The notes below the pieces were generated by a model that was given only the letters and a program-made list of their open reading frames with translations, was not told where the DNA came from and searched no databases. The position numbers and the translations under genes are program-made. Positions 50,632 to 62,035 of a stretch of 64,000 nucleotides of DNA are shown here, piece after piece. Position 1 is the first letter of the stretch. Each line of letters starts with the position of its first letter. The stretch is from Macrostomum lignano. Lineage: Eukaryota. Location: NCBI GenBank assembly GCA_002269645.1, contig NIVC01000184.1:1-64000 (forward strand), written 5' to 3'.

Positions 50632-50757
50632 CGGAAATCGGCGACTTCCTAGAAGAGGAATACCTGGACACTCTGTACCTGACCCAGCTGAAGTTCTGCC
50701 GCAGCCGTACACGGAGGATCTGCTAAAGAAGGTCATGGAGTATCACAAGGCGCACAT
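50632..50757 (+). CDS. FARP: FARP/Cdep-like FERM gene, coding exon 5 (contains a 1-nt frameshift at about 50694-50696)
   Basis: attctag|(A)EIGDFLEEEYLDTLYLTQLKF then, one frame over, LPQPYTEDLLKKVMEYHKAH(I)|gtgcag. Both splice phases only fit if one base is restored. Confidence 0.85.
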
Positions 50758-50959
50758 GTGCAGGGCTTTTATTACCCATACAGGCCACTTGTCTACCAAG
50801 ATTTGATTGGCACACGCATTCGATGTCTAATCTATCTCTCTTTAAGTACTTTTATCCATAAGTTAAGAAAACCTCCACTTCTCAATGTCAATCTTCTGTA
50901 GATGTGTATAAGCTATATAAAGGTTGCCCTGAGGAGACGTTCGGAGAGCGTTGCAGTGA

Positions 50960-51705
50960 ATACGTGAATGGCTGAGATGGAGACGTGAAGAGTTAGATGG
51001 AGAGTGAAGGGTGAGATCGAGGAGTGAAAGAGTGAGACAGAGAATGAAGGGTGAGATGGAGAGTGAAGGGTGAGCATGGGAGAGTGAAGGGTGAGATCGA
51101 GGAGTGAAGAGTGAGACAGAGAATGAAGGGTGAGATGGAGAGTGAAGGGTGAGATGGAGAGTGAAGGCGAGAGATGGAGATTGAAGGGTGAATGGAGAGT
51201 GAAGGGTGAGATGGAGGGTGAAGGTGAGATGGAGAGTTAAGGGTGAGATGGAGAGTGAAGGGTGAGATGGAGAGTGAAGGGTGAGATGAGAGTTAAGGGT
51301 GAGATGGAGAGTGAAGCGGTGAGATGAAGAGTTGAAGGTTAAGATGGAGGCGTAAAGAGTGAGATGGAGAGTTAAGCGGGTGAGATGAATAGTGAAGGGT
51401 GAGATGGAGAGTGAAGGGTGAGATGGAGAGTGAAGGGTGAATGAATAGCAAGGTTAAGATTAGAGAGTAAGGGTGAGATGGAGTGGAGCGTGTGAAGGGT
51501 GAGATGAATAGTGAAGGGTTAAAGATGGAGAGTTAAGGGTGAGATGGAGAGTGAAGGGTGAGATGGAGAGTGAAGGGTGAGATGAAGAGTGAAGGTTAAG
51601 ATGGAGAGTGAAGGGTGAGATGGAGAGTGAAGAGTGAGATCGAGAGTAAAGGATAAGATGGAGAGTGTAGGGTGAGATGGAGAGTAAAGGGTGAGATAAA
51701 GACGG
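50960..51705 (+). repeat. 19-bp minisatellite (gagagtgaagggtgagatg), left arm of an inverted pair
   Basis: Degenerate tandem units. Confidence 0.88.
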
Positions 51706-52319
51706 AAGGAGACGTAAATTGTGGGACTGCCAGTACTAGTATGATATTTCATTTTCACATTTTGAAGGCCATGCTGGATGTGCCGTATAGGTAATAAAGA
51801 ATCCGAAATCTTCCCCCTAAAAGCATGAATCGCTTCCATTTGCAAGGTTTCCCCCGGCCTTCCATCCCTCTATCTCTGTTCCTTGGTCTTAGGCAGAGGA
51901 ACTGCGGCTGAAACTGCTAATTAAAATTTCCCTAAAAACCCTCACTTAGCAGTCTTTGCCCCACAGACAAGAGTCATGTCTTGTGCCTTCTATCTTTTAC
52001 CTCTGTCTCCTTACCTTCACAGTTCTTTTTGAATTCTTACCGTCTTTTACTGGGGATCAAGCTAATTGCGACCAGTTCCTTAGTCTCTCTCTCTCTCTCT
52101 CTTAGGCTGGCCTTAGTCGTTAGAAAGAAATGAACTGAAAATTTTTATTTGCTTGGTTGGTGCGTCTGTAATAAAAAAGCGCCTATAGTGATGAATGCAT
52201 ATTCTTACAGCGGAATCATTATTGTACGAGTGCAATTTTTTTTATTTTGTTCCCTGCTATCATTGCTCTACGATGTCACAGTGTACTTCCTTGCTTTCTA
52301 TTGTTCTCCAGTCTCTCAT

Positions 52320-52990
52320 CATTCACTCCCCATCTCACCCTTTACCATCCATCTTAAACCTTCACTCTTCATCTCACCCTTCACTATCCATCTCACCCTT
52401 TACCCTCCATCTTAACCTTCACTCTTCATCTCACCCTTCACTCTCCATCTCACCCTTCACTCTCCATCTCACCCTTCACTCTCCATCTCACCCTTCACTC
52501 TCCATCTCACCCTTCACTCTCAATCTCACCATTCACTCCCAATCTCACCCTTTACTCTCCATCTCACCCTACACTTTCCATCTCACCCTTTACCATCCAT
52601 CTTAAACCTTCACTCTTCATCTCACCCTTCACTATCCATCTCACCCTTTACCCTCTATCTCACCCTTCACTCTTCATCTCACCCTTCACTCTTCATCTCA
52701 CCCTTCACTCTCCATCTCACCTTCACTCTCCATCTCACCCTTCATTCTCCATCTCACCCTTCATTCTCCATCTCACCTTCACTCTCCATCTCACCCTTCA
52801 TTCTCCATCTCACCTTCACTCTCCATCTCACCCTTCATTCTCCGTCTTACTCTTCCCTCCTTGATCTCACCATTTACCCTCCATCTGACCCTTCACTCTC
52901 CATCTCACCCTTCACTCTCCATCTTACACTTCACTCTCTATCTTACCCTTCACCCTCTATCTCATCCTTCACTCCCTCACCTTTCACTCT
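52320..52990 (-). repeat. Same 19-bp minisatellite in reverse orientation (catctcacccttcactctc), right arm
   Basis: Reverse complement of the left-arm unit; shares rare variants with it. Confidence 0.88.
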
Positions 52991-53080
52991 CTACACTTTT
53001 TTATCGTCATGCATCTCCACAAACGAATAGATGAAGTATTCAGTTGTTAATAGTTTAAAAATGAGCCAATAAATTTTCAG

Positions 53081-53324
53081 CGGCCTAACGCCAGAAGACT
53101 CTGAGTACAGTCTGTTGGACACGGCTCGGAAAGTGGAACTGTACGGCATCCGGCTGCACCCGGCCAAGGATCACGAAAACTTGCCATTGAATTTGGCAGT
53201 TGCGCACGCCGGCGTGCTGGTGTTTCAAAATACCAGTCGTATCAATACGTTCAGTTGGGCCAAAGTTCGAAAGCTCAGCTTTAAAAGGAAAAAGTTTCTA
53301 GTGAAACTGCATCCGGAGGGTTAC
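53081..53324 (+). CDS. FARP: FARP/Cdep-like FERM gene, coding exon 6
   Basis: ttttcag|(I)GLTPEDSEYSLLDTARKVELYGIRLHPAKDHENLPLNLAVAHAGVLVFQNTSRINTFSWAKVRKLSFKRKKFLVKLHPEGY|gtgagt; phase 2/0; near-diagnostic FARP/Cdep FERM-C sequence. Confidence 0.96.
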
Positions 53325-53369
53325 GTGAGTTACTGTGGTTTCATTGTCGTATAGAGGGCTTATGGGAAT

Positions 53370-54050
53370 GTATAGACAATGAGAGTGTGGATAGAGATGA
53401 TAAGAGTATGGATATAAATGATAAGAGATAATAAGAATGTGTATAGAGGTGATAAGAGATGATAAATGTGTGGATAGAGGTTATAAGAGATGCTGAGAAT
53501 GTGGATAGAGATGCTAAGAGTGTGAATAGAGATTATAAGAGTGTGTATAGAGATGCTAAGAGTGTGAATAGAGATGCTAAGAGTGTGGATAGAGATGCTA
53601 AGAGTGTGGATAGAGATGATAAGAGTGAGGATAGAGATGATAAGAGGGAGGATAGAGATGATAAGAGTGAGGATAGAGATGATAAGAGTGAGGATAGAGA
53701 TGATAAGAGTGTGGATAGAGATGATAAGAGTGAGGATAGAGATGCTAAGAGATGATAAGAGGGAGGATAGAGATGATAAGAGATGATAAGAGGGAGGATA
53801 GAGATGATAAGAGTGAGGATAGAGATGATAAGAGATGATAAGAGGGAGGATAGAGATGATAAGAGTGTGGATAGAGATGATAAGAGTGTGGATAGAGATG
53901 CAAATAGTGTGGATAGAGATGATAAGAGTGAGGATAGAGGTGATAACAGTGTGGATAGAGATGATAAGAGATGATAAGAGTGAGGATAGAGATGATAAGA
54001 GTGTGGATAGAGCTGATAAGAGTGTGGATAGATATGCTGGCAGATATGTG
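53370..54050 (+). repeat. 21-bp purine-rich minisatellite (gatagagatgataagagtgtg) with 12-bp sub-variants
   Basis: Tandem units starting about 45 nt after the exon-6 donor. Confidence 0.9.
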
Positions 54051-54711
54051 GGTAGATAGGGCGTAAATACTTGCATTCAGTTCGTAACAAACACATGTTT
54101 CTCAACATGTATTGTATTGCCTAATAGAAAAGTGAACTGCAAAAGGAGTACAATTTCACTAAATTCATATTTCATACTCAATCAATAGAAGCTTTCAAGA
54201 GCTACAGCTTATTCTAATGCAATATCCGTATTTTTCCTTCCCACTTCATTTCCTTTCCCCTTTCTTCTGCCCTGCCAGGAAACAGTTTGCGACCTGCAAT
54301 GCACTTAACAGGCGAATTATTATCGCTTGTAGTATAGCGGATTCCTGTTTGAATATGAATGCCATATATGCTCGCTAGTAACTGCTAGAGCTCTTAATTA
54401 GTTCGCTCTGTTAGCTACGTCTCTCTCTCTCTCCTCTCCTCTCTCACTCTCGCAAAAGACGGATGAGCGAGTCTGAAGTTCTACGAAGTGAAAAAGATTT
54501 AAACTTAAAAAGTCCCCTATGCATAAGCATTTTGCGCAGTATATATGTACTTTCGTATAAGCTCGTTCCAGTTTAAATAAAGTCCCTTCCTTCTAGTCCC
54601 TGAAAAACCGATTTCTCATGCGTTTTAAGCTGTCAGACAGTCAGTTGAAGACAAGAATTCTCCGGGAAAGCTGGGAAACTAGCAGTTGGTCTTTTGGGTC
54701 TTTTCCCTGCA

Positions 54712-56040
54712 GTGAAGTCTGTAGTCTGTAGTCTGTTCCCTGCATCTCTACTGTCTTTCCTGCATCTGTGGTCTGTTCCCTGCATCTCTACTGTCTTCCC
54801 TGCATCTGTGGTCTGTTCCCTGCATCTCTACTGTCTTCCCTGCATCTGTAGTCTGTTCCCTGCATCTCTACTGTCTTCCCTGCATCTGTAGTCTGTTCCC
54901 TGCATCTCTACTGTCTTCCCTGCATCTGTAGTCTGTTCCCTGCATCTCTACTGTCTTCCCTGCATCTGTAGTCTGTTCCCTGCATCTCTACTGTCTTCCC
55001 TGCATCTGTGGTCTGTTCCCTGCATCTCTACTGTCTTCCCTGCATCTGTGGTCTGTTCCCTGCATCTCTACTGTCTTCCCTGCATCTGTAGTCTGTTCCC
55101 TGCATCTCTACTGTCTTCACTGCATCTGTAGTCTGTTCCCTGCATCTCTACTGTCTTCCCTGCATCTCTACTGTCTTCCCTGCATCTGTAGTCTGTTCCC
55201 TGCATCTCTACTGTCTTCCCTGCATCTGTAGTCTGTTCCCTGCATCTCTACTGTCTTCCCTGCATCTGTGGTCTGTTCCCTGCATCTCTACTGTCTTCCC
55301 TGCATCTGTGGTCTGTTCCCTGCATCTCTACTGTCTTCCCTGCATCTGTAGCCTGTTACCTGCATCTCTACTATCTTCCCTGCATCTGTAGTCTGTTCCC
55401 TGCATCTCTACTGTCTTCCCTGCATCTTTAGTCTGTTCCCTGCATCTCTACTGTCTTCCCTGCATCTGTAGTCTGTTCCCTGCATCTCTACTGTCTTCCC
55501 TGCATCTGTAGTCTGTTCCCTGCATCTCTACTGTCTTCCCTGCATCTGTAGTCTGTTCCCTGCATCTCTACTGTCTTCCCTGCATCTGTAGTCTGTTCCC
55601 TGCATCTCTACTGTCTTCCCTGCATCTGTCGTCTGTTCCCTGCATCTCTACTGTCTTCCCTGCATCTGTAGTCTGTTCCCTGCATCTCTACTGTCTTCCC
55701 TGCATCTGTAGTCTGTTCCCTGCATCTCTACTGTCTTCCCTGCATCTCTACTGTCTTCCCTGAATCTGTAGTCTGTTCCCTGCATCTCTACTGTCTTCCC
55801 TGCATCTGTAGTCTGTTCCCTGCATCTCTACTGTCTTCCCTGCATCTGTAGCCTGTTACCTGCATCTCTACTATCTTCCCTGCATCTCTAGCCTGTCTCT
55901 TCCCTGCATCTCTAGCCTGTCACCTGCATCTGTAGTCTGTTCCCTGCATCTCCTGTCTCTTCCCTGCATCTCCTGTCTCTTCCCTGCATCTCTAGCCTGT
56001 CTCTTCCTGCATCTCTAGTCTTTTCCCTGCATCTGTTCCC
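54712..56040 (+). repeat. 40-bp minisatellite built from two 20-bp subunits, each ending ttccctgcat
   Basis: ctgtagtctgttccctgcat + ctctactgtcttccctgcat, about 33 dimers. Confidence 0.95.
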
Positions 56041-56102
56041 TGCAGCTCAGCGGTCGGTTGCACATCTGGCCATTGGGGCAGGTGTAATCAACTATTATTA
56101 TC
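56038..56102 (+). mobile_element. 3' tail fragment of the CORE-like SINE
   Basis: ctgcagctcagcggtcggttgcacatctggcccattggggcaggtgtaatcaactattatt matches the 3' ends of SINE copies 2 and 3. Confidence 0.75.
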
Positions 56103-56649
56103 ATACGAAACTCAAAAGGTACGCACAGAAATGCATAACAAGAGTATTAAACGAGTAATTTTGATGTCGAAGGACAGAATCTTTCACGAATAAAATTGTG
56201 TATGCATGCACAGCACTGCATCTGCAATTGATGGATTTTATAGATAATTCATTTTTCGTCTCTCCTCGAGAGGACCTGCGGAGAGACGGCCAGGCCAAGA
56301 GAGAGCTAAACAAACTGGCGCATAAAGCCTGCTCTTTTAACAGTGTAGAGAGAATCTAAAAAAGTCACGAAGAATTCCTTTGGTAACAACAATATTTTCA
56401 CATTTTCTCTGTTCATTCTAGCCTGAAATGCGCCCAGTCTCTGTTGGTATATGAGGATGCATACTACTGGCTATTCCCAGTCGGAAAGATGAAAATCAAC
56501 TGCAACCCTCAGTGCGTTTTCATCGATAAAGATTTGGGACGATTGACAATTGGAATGTGTTGTGCCTAAGATGTTCCTGCTTTATGTCTGCACTAACCTG
56601 CCGCTTACCGCATTACTTCTTCATGTGGCAGCTGGCACTGTCACTTCTA

Positions 56650-59600
56650 ATCTCTCTGTCTCCCTCTCATTCCCATTCTAATCTCTGTCTCCCTCTCATT
56701 CCCATTCTAATCTCTCTCTATCTCCCTCTCATTGCCATTCTAATCTCTGTCTCCCTCTCATTCCCATTCTAATCTCTCTCTGTCTCCCTCTCATTCCCAT
56801 TCTAATCTCTGTCTCCCTCTCATTCCCATTCTAATCTCTCTCTGTCTCCCTCTCATTCCCATTCTAATCTCTCTCTGTCTCCCTCTCATTCCCATTCTAA
56901 TCTCTCTCTATCTCCCTCTTATTGCCATTCTAACCTCTCTCTGTCTCCCTCTCATTGCCATTCTAATCTCTCTCTGTCTCCCTCTCATTGCCATTCTAAT
57001 CTCTCTCTGTCTCCCTCTCATTGCCATTCTAACCTCTCTCTGTCTCCCTCTCATTCCCATTCTAATCTCTCTCTGTCTCCCTCTCATTCCCATTCTAACC
57101 TCTCTCTATCTCCCTCTTATTGCCATTCTAACCTCTCTCTGTCTCCCTCTCATTCCCATTCTAATCTCTCTCTGTCTCCCTCTCATTCCCATTCTAACCT
57201 CTCTCTGTCTCCCTCTCATTCCCATTCTAATCTCTCTCTGTCTCCCTCTCATTCCCATTCTAATCTCTCTCTGTCTCCCTCTCATTCCCATTCTAATCTC
57301 TCCCTGTCTCCCTCTCATTCCCATTCTAACCTCTCTCTGTCTCCCTCTCATTGCCATTCTAATCTCTCTCTGTCTCCCTCTCATTGCCATTCTAATCTCT
57401 CTCTGTCTCCCTCTCATTGCCATTCTAATCTCTCTCTGTCTCCCTCTCATTGCCATTCTAATCTCTCTCTGTCTCCCTCTCATTCCCATTCTAACCTCTC
57501 TTTGTCTCCCTCTCATTCCCATTCTAACCTCTCTCTGTCTCCCTCTCATTCCCATTCTAATCTCTCTCTGTCTCCCTCTCATTCCCATTCTAACCTCTCT
57601 CTGTCTCCCTCTCATTCCCATTCTAATCTCTCTCTGTCTCCCTCTCATTCCCATTCTAATCTCTCTCTGTCTCCCTCTCATTCCCATTCTAATCTCTCCC
57701 TGTCTCCCTCTCATTCCCATTCTAACCTCTCTCTGTCTCCCTCTCATTGCCATTCTAATCTCTCTCTGTCTCCCTCTCATTGCCATTCTAATCTCTCTCT
57801 GTCTCCCTCTCATTGCCATTCTAATCTCTCTCTGTCTCCCTCTCATTGCCATTCTAATCTCTCTCTGTCTCCCTCTCATTCCCATTCTAACCTCTCTTTG
57901 TCTCCCTCTCATTCCCATTCTAACCTCTCTCTGTCTCCCTCTCATTCCCATTCTAATCTCTCTCTCTGTCTCCCTCTCATTGCCATTCTAATCTCTCTCT
58001 GTCTCCCTCTCATTGCCATTCTAATCTCTCTCTGTCTCCCTCTCATTCCCATTCTAATCTCTCTCTGTCTCCCTCTCACCCCCATTCTAACCTCTCTCTG
58101 TCTCCCTCTCACCCCCATTCTAACCTCTCTCTGTCTCCCTCTCATTGCCATTCTAATCTCTCCCTGTCTCCCTCTCATTGCCATTCTAATCTCTCTCTGT
58201 CTCCCTCTCATTGCCATTCTAACCTCTCTCTGTCTCCCTCTCATTCCCATTCTAATCTCTCTCTGTCTCCCTCTCATTGCCATTCTAACCTCTCTCTGTC
58301 TCCCTCTCATTCCCATTCTAATCTCTCTCTGTCTCCCTCTCATTCCCATTCTAACCTCTCTCTGTCTCCCTCTCATTCCCATTCTAACCTCTCTCTGTCT
58401 CCCTCTCATTCCCATTCTAACCTCTCTCTGTCTCCCTCTCACCCCCATTCTAACCTCTCTCTGTCTCCCTCTCATTCCCATTCTAACCTCTCTCTGTCTC
58501 CCTCTTACCCCCATTCTAACCTCTCTCTGTCTCCCTCTCACCCCCATTCTAACCTCTCTCTGTCTCCCTCTCATTCCCATTCTAACCTCTCTCTGTCTCC
58601 CTCTCATTCCCATTCTAATCTCTCTCTGTCTCCCTCTCATTCCCATTCTAACCTCTCTCTGTCTCCCTCTCATTCCCATTCTAATCTCTCTCTGTCTCCC
58701 TCTCATTCCCATTCTAATCTCTCTCTGTCTCCCTCTCATTCCCATTCTAATCTCTCCCTGTCTCCCTCTCATTCCCATTCTAACCTCTCTCTGTCTCCCT
58801 CTCATTGCCATTCTAATCTCTCTCTGTCTCCCTCTCATTGCCATTCTAATCTCTCTCTGTCTCCCTCTCATTGCCATTCTAATCTCTCTCTGTCTCCCTC
58901 TCATTGCCATTCTAATCTCTCTCTGTCTCCCTCTCATTCCCATTCTAACCTCTCTTTGTCTCCCTCTCATTCCCATTCTAACCTCTCTCTGTCTCCCTCT
59001 CATTCCCATTCTAATCTCTCTCTGTCTCCCTCTCATTCCCATTCTAACCTCTCTCTGTCTCCCTCTCATTCCCATTCTAATCTCTCTCTGTCTCCCTCTC
59101 ATTCCCATTCTAATCTCTCTCTGTCTCCCTCTCATTCCCATTCTAATCTCTCCCTGTCTCCCTCTCATTCCCATTCTAACCTCTCTCTGTCTCCCTCTCA
59201 TTGCCATTCTAATCTCTCTCTGTCTCCCTCTCATTGCCATTCTAATCTCTCTCTGTCTCCCTCTCATTCCCATTCTAATCTCTCTCTGTCTCCCTCTCAT
59301 TGCCATTCTAATCTCTCTCTGTCTCCCTCTCATTCCCATTCTAACCTCTCTTTGTCTCCCTCTCATTCCCATTCTAACCTCTCTCTGTCTCCCTCTCATT
59401 CCCATTCTAATCTCTCTCTCTGTCTCCCTCTCATTGCCATTCTAATCTCTCTCTGTCTCCCTCTCATTGCCATTCTAATCTCTCTCTGTCTCCCTCTCAT
59501 TCCCATTCTAATCTCTCTCTGTCTCCCTCTCACCCCCATTCTAACCTCTCTCTGTCTCCCTCTCACCCCCATTCTAACCTCTCTCTGTCTCCCTCTCATT

Positions 59601-60368
59601 GCCATTCTAATCTCTCCCTGTCTCCCTCTCATTGCCATTCTAATCTCTCTCTGTCTCCCTCTCATTGCCATTCTAACCTCTCTCTGTCTCCCTCTCATTC
59701 CCATTCTAATCTCTCTCTGTCTCCCTCTCATTGCCATTCTAACCTCTCTCTGTCTCCCTCTCATTCCCATTCTAATCTCTCTCTGTCTCCCTCTCATTCC
59801 CATTCTAACCTCTCTCTGTCTCCCTCTCATTCCCATTCTAACCTCTCTCTGTCTCCCTCTCATTCCCATTCTAACCTCTCTCTGTCTCCCTCTCACCCCC
59901 ATTCTAACCTCTCTCTGTCTCCCTCTCATTCCCATTCTAACCTCTCTCTGTCTCCCTCTTACCCCCATTCTAACCTCTCTCTGTCTCCCTCTCATTCCCA
60001 TTCTAACCTCTCTCTGTCTCCCTCTCATTCCCATTCTAACCTCTCTCTGTGTCCCTCTCATTGCCATTCTAATCTCTCTCTGTCTCCCTCTCATTCCCAT
60101 TCTAACCTCTCTCTGTCTCCCTCTCATTCCCATTCTAATCTCTCTCTGTCTCCCTCTCATTGCCATTCTAACCTCTCTCTGTCTCCCTCTCATTCCCATT
60201 CTAATCTCTCTCTGTCTCCCTCTCATTCCCATTCTAACCTCTCTCTGTCTCCCTCTCATTGCCATTCTAATCTCTCTCTGTCTCCCTCTCATTCCCATTC
60301 TAATCTCTCTCTGTCTCCCTCTCATTGCCATTCTAACCTCTCTCTGTCTCCCTCTCACCCCCATTCTA
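56650..60368 (+). repeat. 33-bp pyrimidine-rich satellite (ctctctctgtctccctctcattcccattctaaY), about 112 copies
   Basis: Tandem units; 11-aa periodic ORFs. Confidence 0.97.
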
Positions 60369-61307
60369 TCCGTCCGTCTATATTTCTTGCAACCAAGCGT
60401 GTCCATCTGCATTCGAGCTTCACTGTTGACTCTACTTGGCTAAATCTGCAAAAGTCAGCTCCCGAGCTAAAAGCTGCACAGTCTCTCTTCCTGCCCTTGT
60501 TATCATCTAGCATCGCAATAGTTTTGACCAGGTTAATTACGAGCTAGAAACTCGTCAGACCTGTAATGGAGATCCAGCTGCATGTAGCCTAACAAAAATT
60601 GGCAGTGTTGGTTCCTTCCGCTTGCTTCTCCAAGCTGGGGACTAGCTCATACAGATGAGAGTCACCGCCCCCCCCCGCTGCCCCGCGGAATTAACTTCCT
60701 TTCGTGTAGGCTGTTTTTTGTTATTTTCTTCCCCAGCCACGATTGAATCAACACAGAGCTTGCGAACTGAGCTGTTCCTGATATGCTGCTGTCCAGAGCA
60801 AATTTGAGACGTGCACGGGATGAGATAACTGAGGAATGACTGCGGCGAGCGGGCTGCCTTAGGGGGGAGGGGGACCGCTGGGGAATCTGCTTTGACTGCA
60901 GCCTGCCTGTGTCCCTGCTGCTTGCTGCTGCTGCTGTGTTTTTTTGCCTTCTTCGAAAAAGAAATTAGAGACGGGCCGGAACAGAGATGGGCCTCCACCG
61001 TCCCCCCCCCCGGTACCGCCGCCGCTGCCACCGCAGTTGATCTCCGCTCCTCAGATGAGAGGGCGTGACAGGGGGTGTTAGGCGAGAGAGGGCCGGCCCC
61101 CTCCGTGTCTTCATCCTTCTACTCCCTCATCCTCCTCGCAACTGCGGAATTAGTAGCTTAAGCAGTCCGTATGCAGGGAAGCCGGCACGTGTGTGCTCGG
61201 TCGGACTTCTCTAGTCCTTCTTAATCCTGTCTGACCTCCCGCTATTCTGGTTGTCGGCAAAAGGCTTTACTTTGAGTTGCTTTTAGGAGTGGGCTCCGTG
61301 TAAGCCT

Positions 61308-62035
61308 TTCCTCTCCTCTCCTCTCCTCTCCTCTCATATCCTCTCCTCTCCTCTCCTCTCCTCTCCTCTCCTCTCCTCTTCTCTCCTCTCCTCTCCTCTC
61401 CTCTCATCTCATCTCCTCTCCTCTCATATCCTCTCCTCTCCTCTCCTCTCCTCTCCTCTCCTCCTCTCTCATCTCCTCTCCTCTCCTCTCCTCTCCTCTC
61501 CTCTCCTCTCCTCTCCTCTCCTCTCCTCTCCTCTCCTCTCCTCTCCTCTCCACTCCTCTCCTCTCCTCTCCTCTCCTCTCCTCTCCTCTCCTCTCCTCTC
61601 CTCTCCTCTCCTCTCCTCTCCTCTCCTCTCCTCTCCTCTCATCTCATCTCCTCTCATATCCTCTCCTCTCCTCTCCTCTCCTCTCCTCTCCTCTCATATC
61701 CTCTCCTCTCCTCTCATCTCCTCTCCTCTCCTCTCATCTCCTCTCCTCTCCTCTCCTCTCCTCTCCTCTCCTCTCCTCTCCTCTCCTCTCCTCTCCTCTC
61801 CTCTCCTCTCCTCTCCTCTCCTCTCCTCTCCTCTCCTCTCCTCTCCTCTCCTCTCCTCTCCTCTTCTCTCCTCTCCTCTCCTCTCCTCTCCTCTCCTCTC
61901 CTCTCTCTCTCCTCTCCTCTCCTCTCCTCTCCTCTCCTCTCCTCTCCTCTCCTCTCCTCTCCTCTCCTCTCCTCTCCTCTTCTCTCCTCTCCTCTCCTCT
62001 CCTCTCCTCTCCTCTCCTCTTCTCTCCTCTTCTCT
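61308..62035 (+). repeat. (CTCTC)n pentanucleotide microsatellite
   Basis: Direct reading. Confidence 0.97.

Noticed and set aside
56422-56454. Strong acceptor (ttcattctag) that could give a poison or terminal exon PEMRPVSVGI*
   Set aside because: No homology or donor support; the exon 6-to-7 junction already gives the conserved PEGY|GYYKD.
56908-60443. Long MRGRQRE / LCLPLIP repeat ORFs
   Set aside because: 33-bp satellite artefact.
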